A stretch of DNA of 64,000 nt from Glaucostegus cemiculus. Taxonomy: Eukaryota. The translations under genes and the position numbers were made by a program. The first letter of the stretch is position 1. The number at the start of each line of letters is the position of its first letter. The stretch lies in the NCBI GenBank assembly GCA_976551045.1, contig CDPCPM010000125.1, forward strand, positions 1,550,001-1,614,000, in the 5' to 3' direction. This document shows positions 1 to 13,500 of the stretch, in pieces. Below the pieces are notes generated by a model that searched no databases, was not told the DNA's origin, and saw only the letters and a list, made by a program, of their open reading frames with translations.

Positions 1-572
1 TGTCTGAATTTTGGAAGTTAGAGGTATTCTCAAATATTCCATCCTTTTGTCAGTTTTGACAACCAATAAGTCTGGAAGCGTGATTTAAGTAGATGCAGAA
101 GTTTAAATGTGCATTTGCAATTTGTGATCAGGGCAGCCAATGCTCAGTCATACCTCACCGATCTGTATTCATCCGTCTTTGTGCATGACGGAAACAGAAA
201 TCAACACATCCGCTCTCATGTTGGGGGTAAGTGAAGAGATCGGAAGCGGCTATGGGTGGCGAATTAATACGTGGAATATTCCATGCATGGAACCTTGCTT
301 TGCTGAAATTTGCCATTATCTTCCACTACATTTTCCCAAATTGAAACAAATAATTTGATTTGAGTGTTCATTATTGACTATACAGGGTAAATTGTTTAGG
401 AGCCGATGAATCATGAAACATATTTCATTGAAGCTTCACGTGTTGTCAAATCTGATATCTTCACTTCCTCCCACATGCTGACATGCAATGCACTGTTGCT
501 AATAGTGAACTCAGAAATAGAGTTAATTGGTGATTCAGCCCTATACCATGTTAAAATTTCTCTTGTTAACAG

Positions 573-608
573 AACTCCAACAAGTAAAGAAGAATTTTAC
601 GGATTGTG
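573..608 (+). CDS. micro-exon 1 (36 nt) ELQQVKKNFTDC
   Basis: tcttgttaacag|AACTCC...GATTGTG|gtgagc. Confidence 0.85.
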
Positions 609-3600
609 GTGAGCGAAGCAATGAGTTTCTTGCAGTTTAAGTCATTCAGCATTCTTCCTTGTTTAATCTCTAATTTACATGATTACTTCCGTGATTGTTG
701 AAATGAATGTTAACACATTAAAAATAGCGATGTGTCTGAATGACATTCTCCTAAGGGCATGTTACAATTGTTCAATCGATCTAGTCACACTGAGAGCTCT
801 AAATTCAGATTAAATTTGTGATGATGGATTCCAGACCAAAATTTGATCTGAGGTATCCATATTCTGAAATAAACCACCTGGGAGATTATTATTCATGTGA
901 TTTGCCTTCTTTAATGTTTCTGTTGGGAAAACTCGTGTCTTTCCACAGTAAAGACACGAGTCTACTGTGGAACGTGTTTTTACTTGAAGTAAAATGGAAA
1001 TTGCTGCGTGAAAGGTAAAATCTGTGGGATAAGAATAAAACTAACTGTTTGGGTTAATCATCACTTATCAGGAGTAAGTTAGAAAGCAAGCATTTTAAAG
1101 TTTCAGCGAAAGCGGAGAGTACAGTATGGAGCACAATCGACGGAGCTGACGACTAGTATTAATTGTTTTGTTTTTCAATGAAAAACGGAATGATTTCAGC
1201 CCTGTTGCAGAACGTCGCAACGGCCGCTCAAATAACTTCCAGATTTTATCTACTTCATAATTTTCCATTCTTCTTGTAATTAGAAAGTACTCTGACAAAC
1301 AAAATGAAAGGTAAGCGTAGAATTATGGCCGAGTTTTGGTTGTACAATTGTTTGGAACCAATATATTTTCAATTTAACTGGCCTGTTTATCTTACATCGC
1401 AATATATTTCTGAAAATAAACATCTTAGCGTCTTGTAGGCGACCATCCCCCAAGAGCAGTGACATTCCTAAAACAACTGAAGAAAATTGTTGGGTTGGCT
1501 CTCCATAGTGCTCTAAAATTTCTGAAAATGGTTTATCGCAATGAAAATGTCAGAAGTGACGAAGAATAGTGTCGTTTTCAGTATCAATTTTATTCAGCAT
1601 TAGTTCCTCGGCAACTAATAATATTTATTTTGGAGACCTGTTTAGTCACGGAAAATCAGATATGGTGAGAGTCTGCTAATACTTACACACTGAAGTTTAT
1701 CAACGACCTGTTATTTCCGCCTCTTAGCCTGAGACTTCGATAATGGCCAAATCATGATCGGCGAAACGGTTAATAGATTGCGATGGAGGCACGGAATAAA
1801 TAGTTTCAAGTTTTGGCATTTTCCGATAGAATTCTCCCAATTACTTCAGCGTCGGGGTTAATAGTGTTGCCTCTCAGATATCTGCCTTGTCTGGAAAACA
1901 AATATTCACCTTTGCTTGGAGCTTGTTCAGCCTGCGTTGACTCCCGACTTAAGTGCTTTACTAAACTTCACTGTGGTATCCTACGGTGGTGGATAAATGC
2001 TGTTTAAATGTGGTTTATTGCATTTTTTACTGCCCGCCCTATGCCTGTGGCCGCAGCTCTCGTTGTTCTTTGTCCGTTTAATGCCACGGGAAGTGTACTA
2101 AGGCATATTACGCTCGACTGGATTGTCAAGAAAAAAATATTATCAGGATTTATCTGAGTGTAAAACTTATCATTCTCGGTACAATACAAAATAATGGCTT
2201 TCGCTTACTTTCGCTCTTGAGTAAAGCTCATGAAATACTTCCAGTGTGGACAGAAATAAAATTATTCTTGGTTCCCTTTCCTTTTTGACAGAACTGCAAA
2301 AACTAAAAGAAACTATTCAAGATATCCGTGAGTATGCCTACCTTTAAAACCGAACGCATTTGGGCTAATATACGTTCACATCATTGTGTTTGATAGTTAA
2401 ATTCGGCGCATGGCATCCGTTCATCTGCGTCTCATGCTACACATCCTAAACTCCATTATATTGCTGTTGCGATGAATGTTGAGAGCCGGATATCTATGTC
2501 GACCGATGCCATATGATCTCCTTCACGCTATTACCTTAAGCAAATTTTGAACGCAGTCATGGTTTACTTTTCTTCCGTCCGCTTTACAATGAGGATTTCA
2601 AATGTTTCATCGGAGTCACTTTCTTATTAATAGAATTCATCGCAGTAAAAAAAGATTCTGTATTATGCGAACATTTCCAACGTTTAAACCTATTTTAAAA
2701 CATTGACGAGAGTGTCGCAACAAATTATAATCTGTGTCATCCATCGCGAATAAAAAAATGCATCCCCGATACAAAGTATCAGTACCAAAGACAAACAATC
2801 TTGGGCAGAAACAGTAAGAAAGTAGCTGTAATTCATTGTAACATTGTTGCTTCTATTATAAACAACACTGCCCTACGTTGACAACAGAAAGAAAGCTAAG
2901 CGGCAAGGAAAAAGGTAAGGGTATATCTGTGATATGGTGATTGGGTAAACAGTGTCTATCAACTGTATTGTAATGTCCGATTCTATTACTACATTGCACT
3001 GCATTGTATTACATTGCACAATCCGCCAGGTACTGTACTGAGTCCACATCCGAAAACGACTCAGAAACGAGCCCCTTTGCTCCAGAATCGTGTGCTTTAT
3101 ATTAAAATAATTCAAGCATTTTAAAATAAATTGACTTTCTGTCACGAGTTCAGTAATGTCTGAAAATGCCCCATACGTAAATACCCTGGCCTTCATTTGG
3201 CTGCTGACTTAATATTTTCGTTTCTCCTTGTATTCATGAGCAGTTAGCGATGGTTAATTGGCGCTGTCTTTGCTAGTGACGTATATAGCCTGTGTATAAA
3301 GAAACAAACAGGCAAAAAAAATAGAGCAGTTCAGGAAAAATCATAAACGGGATGCAGGTGGAGGTTTCGACACAGCAGGTGTGAGAATAGTGTTGATATC
3401 AAATCTGGAAACAAACTAGAGAGCGGAATTTATGATAAAATATCATCAATATTCTATAATTCAATGAACTCAGGACGGACATATGGCAATACTGCTCTGT
3501 TGGACGAGTCTTACGAAAGAAACTGAACGTATTAACGCATTGTTAAAAAAAACTGCTGTGGTGATGGAGTGTTCTAGTTCCTGCTCGCTCTTCGGGGAAG

Positions 3601-4542
3601 AGAATCCTGGATATCTGGGATGTTGCAGCACTTATGCACTGGTGCAACTAGCAGCCTATCGCTGCATATTTCGGTACTGTCATTTGAAAGCTAACTTGTT
3701 AACCAGTAAGGAGAATTCCAAACACACACCATGAGCAAATTAATAAAATGCGCAAGAGTGCAGAGTGAAAACGAGAAAATGAAACGATATTCTATCCTTA
3801 AGTTGAAGTATGCATTCATCCGCAATAGGCAAAAAGTGGGGGGGGGGACACCATAAATGTCACATATAACAGAAAATTATACACATCATTACGTGAACTA
3901 AGAGCATGAAAGAGATATGGACGATATATTAACACCTAGACAGGTGATTCAGAAATATGAAAAATGTGATCAAAACATTATATGTCTTGAACGCTTTGGG
4001 ACTGGAAATATGTTTCTGGAAAGAAATCAAGGGGAAACATTTTTACCATACATTGAGTTCAGCTGCATGGAAGTAGTATTCAAAATGAGAACATATCTCA
4101 GAATCAGAATCAAAAACAGTTTTTATTGTCACTACTATATACACATTCAGTATGCATAGGAGCGAAATACCGTACTCCACAGGTCAAGGTGCTCGTCACA
4201 TTAAAAAAAAACAATGAGTGACACAAAGACACTAAAAACATTTGAACCACAAAATTAAATACCACAACTTAAATAAATAATCTTAAAGTGAGCGTACTGG
4301 CAACGGACATTTAAAGTGTTGGTGCTTTTCTGTACGCCAAGCATCCTTTGGTGTTGGCTGGAGTGATGGAGGGATGCGGGAGTTCACAGTTCTGATAGCT
4401 TGTGGAAAGAAGCTATTGCACAGTCTGGTAGTCATTGCCCGGATGCACTGGAGCCTTCTTCCAGCTGGCAAGAGTGTAAAGAGATGGTAGGAGGGGTGTG
4501 AAGGGTCCGACATTATATTTGTGACCTTTCAAACACATCGAT

Positions 4543-4580
<38 letters not shown>

Positions 4581-7500
4581 CCGCAATAGAGGGTAGAGAG
4601 ACACCTATGATCTTCCCTGCCGTTCTCACTATTTTCTGGAGGGACTTCCGTCCAGCAGCTGAGCAGCTCCCAAACCAAATGATGATGCAGTGTGTCAGGA
4701 TGCTCTCAATGAGAATTATGTACATCTCACTGGAAAAAAAAACTTCAATGAGCATGAATGGAATTCAAAATTAACCACAAAAGAAGAAATTATTCTCCGC
4801 ATAAATACGTAAAGTTAAATGCTGATGAAAGCGAATGCAACAGTTTTGAAAAGAAATTATAGTAAACATGTGTCATTAATTAAACTGGCAACTTAAATGT
4901 GAAAGGGAAATTTCTTGATATATGCATTAAAAAGAATAACGGAACCGAAAGGTCAGGGATTTTAAAGAGTGCACATAATTAAGCATGCAATGAAATGCAG
5001 TAATATTGCCGTCACTGACCATTGGTATTTGTGTTACTCGTTAAACAATGCATGCGTCTATACATCCACGCTCGTTCAAGATAGAAAGGAAGACATCAGT
5101 GGTGAGAAAGAATACAATCTCGGCTCTTTGCATATTAAATGTGTTATCGATGACATAGCTGAGGTACGACTACACAGAAAAAAAATGTAAAGTGTCTATT
5201 GCTCTCTAATTCAGAAGTTGTTGTCTTGGCTTCGTTGGTTTGATGGCTTTTAACAACAATCTCGTCCCGTGTCGCCTCCCCATTTTAGAACTTGAAAAAA
5301 GTAGAAGCAGTCTGCTCGATTGTGGTGAGTGAGTAAACAATGTTAGCTGATCTTCCGAAAACCAGGAAGGGACTTTTTCATTGCTTTAGTCCTTCCTTTT
5401 CTTTAGTGCAGTAATTGTCATCGCACAGTCGGAACTACGAATTACCAGCAGAGTCATAAAGTGAACAAACACGGAAGGAACTGATGAGCCAATTCGAGAT
5501 CTTTGAAATATCGGACTAATCTTCAGCAGCTCTTCTTTTCCAAAGGATAAGATTTTTTAAAAAAAGATATATTTAATCCAAATTGTAATGTCTTTATTAA
5601 AACTGCATCAATATAATTTCAAAAGAAGAATTTCAGTTTAAAGAAAATGAATGCAGTCTCCGCTTCAGTCGGCTGGTCCGTCAAATATTTATCACATAAT
5701 AGACCTTTGCCACTCGTTCTGTCGGATTGTTCTGTTTATTCTTGATATATTATTCACTTCTCTTTCGCACGTTCAATGAACCGTTCTCTTCATTTGCATC
5801 TAACTGAAGTCCATCTGCATTGCTGCCTATCCCTGGAAACGTGGTATTTCCACAAATGGGAATGCTATGCAAGTGATAGTTCCACAACTGTGAATGTCAT
5901 GCATGTGAGGAAATTAGGTTTAAAAATATACGTAGTTGATTCGATCCGGCCTTTATTGTTGACAGGACATCGTAGGGTTAAATTCCGGCCACTATCTGTA
6001 AGGAAATTGTATGTTCTCCCCGTGCCTGCGTGGGTTTCCGCTGGATGCTCCGGTTTCCACCCACATTCCAAAAACGTACAGGTTAGGAAGCTTGCCGACA
6101 CTTGCGGGCTTCCCACAGAACAGTCTACTCAAAGGATGCATTTCACTGTGTGTTTCGATGTTCGTGTGACTAATAAAGATATCTTATCTTATACATTTCC
6201 AAAGCAATCAGTACACCAGTCATTAAGACCGACTTTGGGAAATTAATCTCAAAGCAAACACAGAATAAATATTGCTGCGTTTTCAGAAAAATAACATACC
6301 CTACGTGTTGTGAACTGTTATGTATCTTATGCATGCTCCTATGCATTATTTGGGTTCTTACGTATTTACACACTATCATATTTGCAATTAGAGCAAAGCC
6401 TGAACAATAAAGGGAAAGGTGAGCACCGAATGACGACTGAATTTATTTCTTTATATGAACAATCGGTTTGATATTATCTACAATTCGAATTTGTCTGTCG
6501 GACTTAATTAATTTTAGTTGCTTCTGTTTTACTTTCCACTCTATCATTAAGGGCCAGGATAACTCTATTAATAAAACTTTCACCGTAAGACGAAAGTGTA
6601 ATTCCAAAGAATCAATCATGCATAGTCCAATGGACTGCACCGTGAATGTGGATTACCGCAGATCATTTCGACTAACTTCAGCGCACAAACTAACTCCACC
6701 TCCGCTTGAACAGTCTGCGGCCACAACCTCCGCTTGAACAGTCTGCGGCCACACACCTTCAAAACACTTATTTGAAGACAATATGAACTACTACAGCTCG
6801 AGATCAGAGCTTCGGTGCCTGGAGACGGAAAGTAATGTCAGGTTCATGCGTGCCTCTGGCAAGCGTTGTCAAAAAGTTAAAGTGCCATATAAAACCCACT
6901 GTGTCTGTAACAGCCATCAGGAACCCATCGACGTAAATCACATTTAAGGCACTCGGCCCATGCTTCCTATGTCGTAAACTTCCAAGGGCTCCTGTAAATA
7001 CTTCCTAAATTTTGTGAGACTACCAGTTCTACCCCCTAACGTATTCCAGATTTCAAATACCCTCATGATGAATGTCTTCCACAAATAAAATTATCTCCAT
7101 TTTATCTTAAACTAATGCCCTCTGATCATAGAACCAAGGATAAGGGGATATATTTCTCACTACCTAATCTACGTCACTCATTCCATTAAAAATCACAGTC
7201 TGTCCACCCTGGCCTTCTGTGCTTCAAAGAAGGCAACTCCAGCTTCTCTGCATAGATGAAGAGCTCCATCCCATGGAAGTACCTGGTGAATTTCCTCGAC
7301 AACCTTTCTATAATCTCGTCCTTCATATAATGTGGTAAGCAGAACTACACACATTACTTCAGTTTTAGTATAACGAATGTTTAGATATACCATAATCTCA
7401 TTGTTTCTATTGCCTTTCTCTTGGCTAATGAAGACAAACATCACGTTTGCCGTATTATTTACCTTACTTCTGAGTGTTGCCATCAGCAGTTCTTGGATTT

Positions 7501-10500
7501 TTGTGCCAAGGTCCCTCTCTCTCTCAGAACTTTCTAGCGTCCCATCATTCATCGAATATATTTTAGCATAATTAGTCCTTCCAAATGCATCAAATAACAG
7601 TTTCAAGATTAAATTCTATACACCAAGGATCTACCTATCATAAGTACTTATCATGTTAGTACTATAGTCTCAGACGACCCTTCTCCATTTCAACATCATC
7701 AATTTCCGTTTCAGCTGCCACAAGACTAATAATACATATGGCGAAAAATAATATAAATTGTTAATAGAGCATAGAACAATACAGCACAGAACAGGCCCTT
7801 CGGCCCATCAAGCTGTGCCATCCTACAAACATCTCCCAAACTAACTCTTTCCACCCTCATATCCTACTATTCCACATTCTTCCATGTGCTTATCTAACAA
7901 TCTCTTAAACCTGTCCAACGTATCTGCCTCCACTACCACCCCAGGCAGTGCATTCCATGCACCAACCACTCTCTGGATGAAAAGCTTCCCTCTGACATCT
8001 CCCCTATACTTTCCACCAGTTATCTTAAATGCATGCCCTCTCGTCTTGAGCATCTGCGCTCTGGGAAAGAGGCGCTGACTATTAACTCTATCTATTCCTC
8101 TCAATATCTTAAACACCTCTATCAAGTCCCCTCTCATCCTCCTCCTCTCTAATGAGTAGAGCCCTAGCACCTTAAGCCTCTCTTTATATTCCATACCCTC
8201 CAATCCAGCCATCATCCTGGGAAATCGCCTCTGCACCCTCTCCAAAGCCTCCACATCCTTCCTATAATGCGGCGACCAGAACTGAACACAATATTCCAAG
8301 TGCGGCCTAACTAGAGTTTTGTAAAGCAGCATCATCACCTCTCTGCTCTTGAACTCAATCCCTTTATTTATAAAAGCCAACATCCCATAAGCCTTCTTAA
8401 CAGCCCTATCCACCTGCGAGGCAACTTTGAGTGAACTGTGGATATGAACCCCCAGATTCCTCTGCTCCTCTACACTGCCAAGAACCTTACCATTTACCTT
8501 ATACTCTGTCCTGGAGTTTGTCCTCCCAAAGTGCACCACCTCACACTTCTCTGGATTAAACTCCATCTGCCACCTGTCAGCCCAGTTCTGCATCCTATCA
8601 ATATCCCCCTGTAAGCTCCTACAGTCCTCCACACTATCTACCACACCACCGATCTTGGTGTCATCTGCAAACTTACCAACCCATCCCTCCACTCCTTCAT
8701 CCAAATCATCTATGAATATAACAAAGAGTAGAGGCCCCAGAACCGATCACTGCGGGACTCCACTAGTCACAGCCCTCTAATCCGAGGGCACTCCCTCCAC
8801 CATAACCCTCTGCCTTCTACAGGAAAGCCAATTTCTTATCCACACAGCCAACCTCCCCTGGATACCTCGACCTCTGACTTCTGAAGAAGCCTGCCATGAG
8901 GAACCTTATCGAACGCCTTACTAAGATCCATATACACTACATCCACCGCCCTGCCCTCATCAAGCTTCCTCGTCAACTCCTCAAAGAACTCTATCAGGCT
9001 CGTGAGGCAAGATCTTCCCTTCACAAAGCCATGCTGACTGTCCCTAATCAGTCCATGACTCTCCAAGTGCTCATAGATCCTGTCCCTCAAAATCCTTTCC
9101 AACAGCTTACCTACCACAGACGTGAGACTCACCGGTCCGTAATTTCCCGGACTATCTCTACTGCCCTTCTTGTTTAAGAAGGGAATAACATCCGCTACCC
9201 GCCAATCCTCCGGCACCATTCCCGTGGACAACGAGGACTCAAAGATCCTCACCAGCGGATCAACAATCTCCTCCCTCGCCTCCCGAAGCAGCCTGGGGAA
9301 TATTCCATCAGGCCCCGGAGACTTATCAGCCTTGATACTACTTAACAATTTCATCACCTCCTCCCTCTCTATAGCTACATACTCAAGAACATTACCCTTG
9401 TCAGTACTCACCGTCACATCATCAAGGCCCCTCTCCTTGGTGAATACAGAGGAGAAGTATTCATTTAGTACCTCCCCTACCTCTGCCGCCTCCAGCCACA
9501 TCCTCCCACCTTTGTCCTTAATAGGACCTACCTTTACCCTAGTCATCCTTCTGCCCTTCACATAAGAGAAAAAAAGCCTTGGGGTTTTCCTTAACCCTCC
9601 GAGCCAACATCTTTTCATGTCCCCTTCTAGCTCTCCTCAGCTCTTTCTTAAGTTCCCTTCTCACTATACTATACTCCTCACGGGCCACATCAGAGCCTTG
9701 CCGCTTACACCTTACGTAAGCCTCCTTCTTCCTCCTAACCAGTCTTTCCACCTCTCTTGTCACCCACGGTTCCTTCACTATTCCATTCTTCCTCCGTCTT
9801 GCCGGAACATATCTGTCCCCAACATCCTGTAAAACATCCCTGAACAACGTCCACATCTCTACAGTACACATCCCCTCAAAAAGGACTTCCCAATTTACAC
9901 TCCCAAGCTCTTTCCTTATAGCCTCATAGTCTGCCCTACCCCAATTGAATATCTTCCTACGCTCCCTGCACCTATGCCTGTCCATGACAATTCTAAAGCT
10001 TATCGAGGAATGATCACTGTCTCCCAGAGGCTCACCCACTAGTAGATCTCTCAACTGTCCCGGTTCATTTCCTAAAACCAGATCCAACACAGCATTCCTT
10101 CTAGTCGGTTTGTCAACATACTGCTCCAGAAATCCATCCTGGACACACTTAACAAACTCATTCCCATCCAAACCTCTGGCACTGAGCATGTCCCAGTCCA
10201 TATTTATATATGTATATAAAAAGATACAGGGATCGCTGTACCAGGCCCTGCGGTACACAACTGTTCACAGTTTCGGCCGGCACCCTATGCTGCCTATCAG
10301 CAAGCCAATCTCGGAAACAATTTTCCAAATTTGCCCTGGAAAATCCCACCATAGTCTCTTAAATTTTAGACCTATTTCTCTATGAGACCTTGCCAAAGTC
10401 TTACTGAAGTAGATCAAATGCACTATTTTCGTCGCACAAGTAGTCACCTCGTCTGAAAAACAAGATCAGTTTAGCCTGCCTGGATCCTCCCTTAACAAAG

Positions 10501-13500
10501 CTATGCCGAATGTTTGATAATCCCGGCTTCCTCAAGCGCAGCTTAATACCATCCTTCCGATATTTTATCCAATAAACTTCCTACCACTAATATTGGACAA
10601 TACTGCTAGAAATTAAAGTATATTGGATCAGGAGAGATATACTGGCAAGGGTTAAATATGTTTGACAGGTAATAATTAGTGAGTAGTCCTTATCTGAGCC
10701 AACGGCTGCGGTGGTTGGGCTTGTGTACCAACTACCTTCAATTTCTGTCAAAGACGAGAATGAGAGAACCAAATGTAATATTTCAACTTTTGCCATCGAC
10801 ACGAAACATGGTGGGAATTGTGAAGAAATAGACCTGAGGCGACAGCGTGATTTTCACATATAGAGTGTATTGGCAGGTACAGGACTGATGTAGTACAATG
10901 TGGATATATGCGAACGTTGTCAGGAGAAAAAATAGCGTATGCTATAAATGACGAGTAATTAGGAAATGTTGATGTAAAAAGATTTAAAAAAATATTCGTC
11001 GTTTTGCACACCAACCACTAGAAGTAAAATGCAGATGCAGCAAACAGTTAAGAAGGCTGGTGCGTTATTTCCCAGCTGGTTTGTTTTCTGATCGAGTGTA
11101 ATCACCGATTAATTCCGACTTGCTTATAGCGCTTGAAAAAGTAAAGAAAGATAATCTTGAATGTGGTGAGTCTATTTCTACATTGACATGAAGATGACAT
11201 CATTTTCTTCCTTTCCGGACATAGTTGCGACGCCGCAGACATTTCTTGTCTTACAAAATTACAGCCAGAGCAGTTTAATATTTTTCACAAACATTGAACC
11301 GAGTTTTTCCAGGAAATATTCAGTCGTTTGGTGCAAATGTGTGATGGTGAGCATACAGTTAGCCTTGGCCTCAAGATAGATATGATCACATACATAAATG
11401 ACATGGTTTGGCGTATAAAACAGTGCCTACAAGGTATATGCAATTCATTATTTTCCATTTGTGTGAAAGGATGCAGATGCAAAATTTAAAAAAAACAAGG
11501 GTGTTTTAATATCCATAGCAGAGGGTTATCATTATTTCTTAGACAATCTTCCCCATTACGGTCATTCGTTCTGCAATTGGCGACAGTGAATGCAGTGTTC
11601 AGTTGCCTCGCTGGTATTCAGCTTCAACCAGCAACACTTCATTCGGATACTTCTCTAAAGTTCACAAACTCCGCCATCAAACAAATATCGTGTCTACAAA
11701 GGCAGTGAATCCCGCACGTCAAAATTTGCACGCACGTCCCCCTCACTATCGCTTCTTCTATATCTCCCTCTCTCTCTCTCTTTCTCTCTCTCCTCTCTCT
11801 CTCTCTGTCACACACACACACACACACACAGATAAAGAGAGAGAAATTAACATTCTGCACTGCGAACCATGAGGCATTTCATGAAATATTGTTTTACTTA
11901 ATCTAATTAGACTGGGGCAAATTGTTGTCAATTTGGTCTGAAAGAATCATTATTTCATCGATGAAGCTGATTACTAATGATTCGGATAATCAGTGAATTT
12001 GGTCGATGATCAGAATTTTTTTAAATTTAATACGTGACAAAATAAACTGGAACAAATGTCGACCATTTGTAGCTACTTCTTCAGAGCATGGCAGAGACAG
12101 TTCTAAACTTTATGTACAAAACGTAATACCTCAGCATTTAGTAAACATAGGATATTGTAAAAAGAAGAGGACGAATACAAAAGCCACCTGGCATTTCACA
12201 GAATCTGTAGAGATACATGTGGACTCATGGAATATTAAGTTATGCAATCCTTGTACGTGAACGTGACCGGATTTCACATTAATAGATGAAGGAGTTCTAC
12301 GATATTTATTGACAGGGTTATGCGTCTTTTTGGAGATGTTAGCTGATTGGTAACCATCATTGTAACTCTAATATCTTATTTTTATTTTAGAAACAAAGCT
12401 TACCAGCAAAATCAAAGGTGCCAATGGAAGAAAATTTTCAGAATCTTTGCAGCGGGGCCATCCATAGACCTGATTAAAGTTCAAACATCACACAAAATTT
12501 GCAGTCTGAATGATTTTGAACCTTCAAGTAGATATGGATATTAGTCATTTAAAGGGGAAAGTTATGTTGAAAGAGAAAGTGGTACTCTGATACATGGATG
12601 TAAGAATACAAAAGAAGTTTGCTTTGAAACTTTCAGGGCTTAATATTTACGTCAAATTCGACAAGAAACGCCTTAAAAAGAACTGAAGAAACTGAAGGCA
12701 ATATGGAAGATAGCATTGGTATTTTTGGACAGGAGTAGGAGTTCAGCTTAATGGTTATATTGGAATAGATGTGGTTATTGTTGTTCTCACGGAAGCTATG
12801 CATTTGAGAACATATTTGAAGGAGATATGTGAAAATATTACGCATTTTATAAGGCAAGTGAAGTTCCATTTCAGTTAGCTATATCAAGGACCAGATTATT
12901 CCATCAACAACAACAGCTGACAGACATATGTTTTGTGTTCGAAATGCCATCGTGATATTTGTGAGGCAATTCTGTGCATAAATGAGCACCCATTAGATAT
13001 TTCATCAATTTTTCATCTCTCGTGATTTCCGCATTATTTCAATGACTCTAGTTGCTATTGCAACCTTACTCTCTAGCAAGCTCAATGCAGCAACCGATGC
13101 CTTTGTCACCAAAAGAAGTTTCAGTGGGGAAAAGATCCGATTTTCAGATTTCTTTACTTGATTTAGCAAGCCTCAAATTCGTAGATCTCCGAAACCTCCA
13201 GAAACATTAGTTCAGAGGACTTGAAAATCCGCCATTAAGATCTTTGAAAAATATTATTATGAGCAATATCCAATCTCGTAATGTACTTCCCTTATATCTG
13301 CAAAATATACGTAGTTAACTGAGTTGATTAAAACAGAGAAAGAGGAGCTCCAAATTTCAAAGATTAATATTGAGTTGGTCTAAGCTGACTAAAGTCATTA
13401 AAATGTCTGGGAGTTATCTTTCGAGAGCTTCCAAGCTAAGGCTCATGAGCCACTGTGCTGACTTTAAAGCAATATAAGATATACTGGTATTTAGAGTGTC

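Noticed and set aside
198-226. cag|...TTGGGG|gtaagt candidate upstream exon (EINTSALMLG)
   Set aside because: 29 nt ending in phase 0, incompatible with the phase-1 array; poor acceptor and no heptad character.
3325-3357. 33-nt in-frame candidate exon EQFRKNHKRDA ending GATGCAG|gtggag
   Set aside because: Acceptor is preceded by an A-run with no pyrimidine tract, the donor is weak, and it would break the 36/27 alternation.
5081-5101. 21-nt candidate exon DRKEDIS (aag|...|gtgaga)
   Set aside because: AAG acceptor and no match to either exon class; chance is likely.
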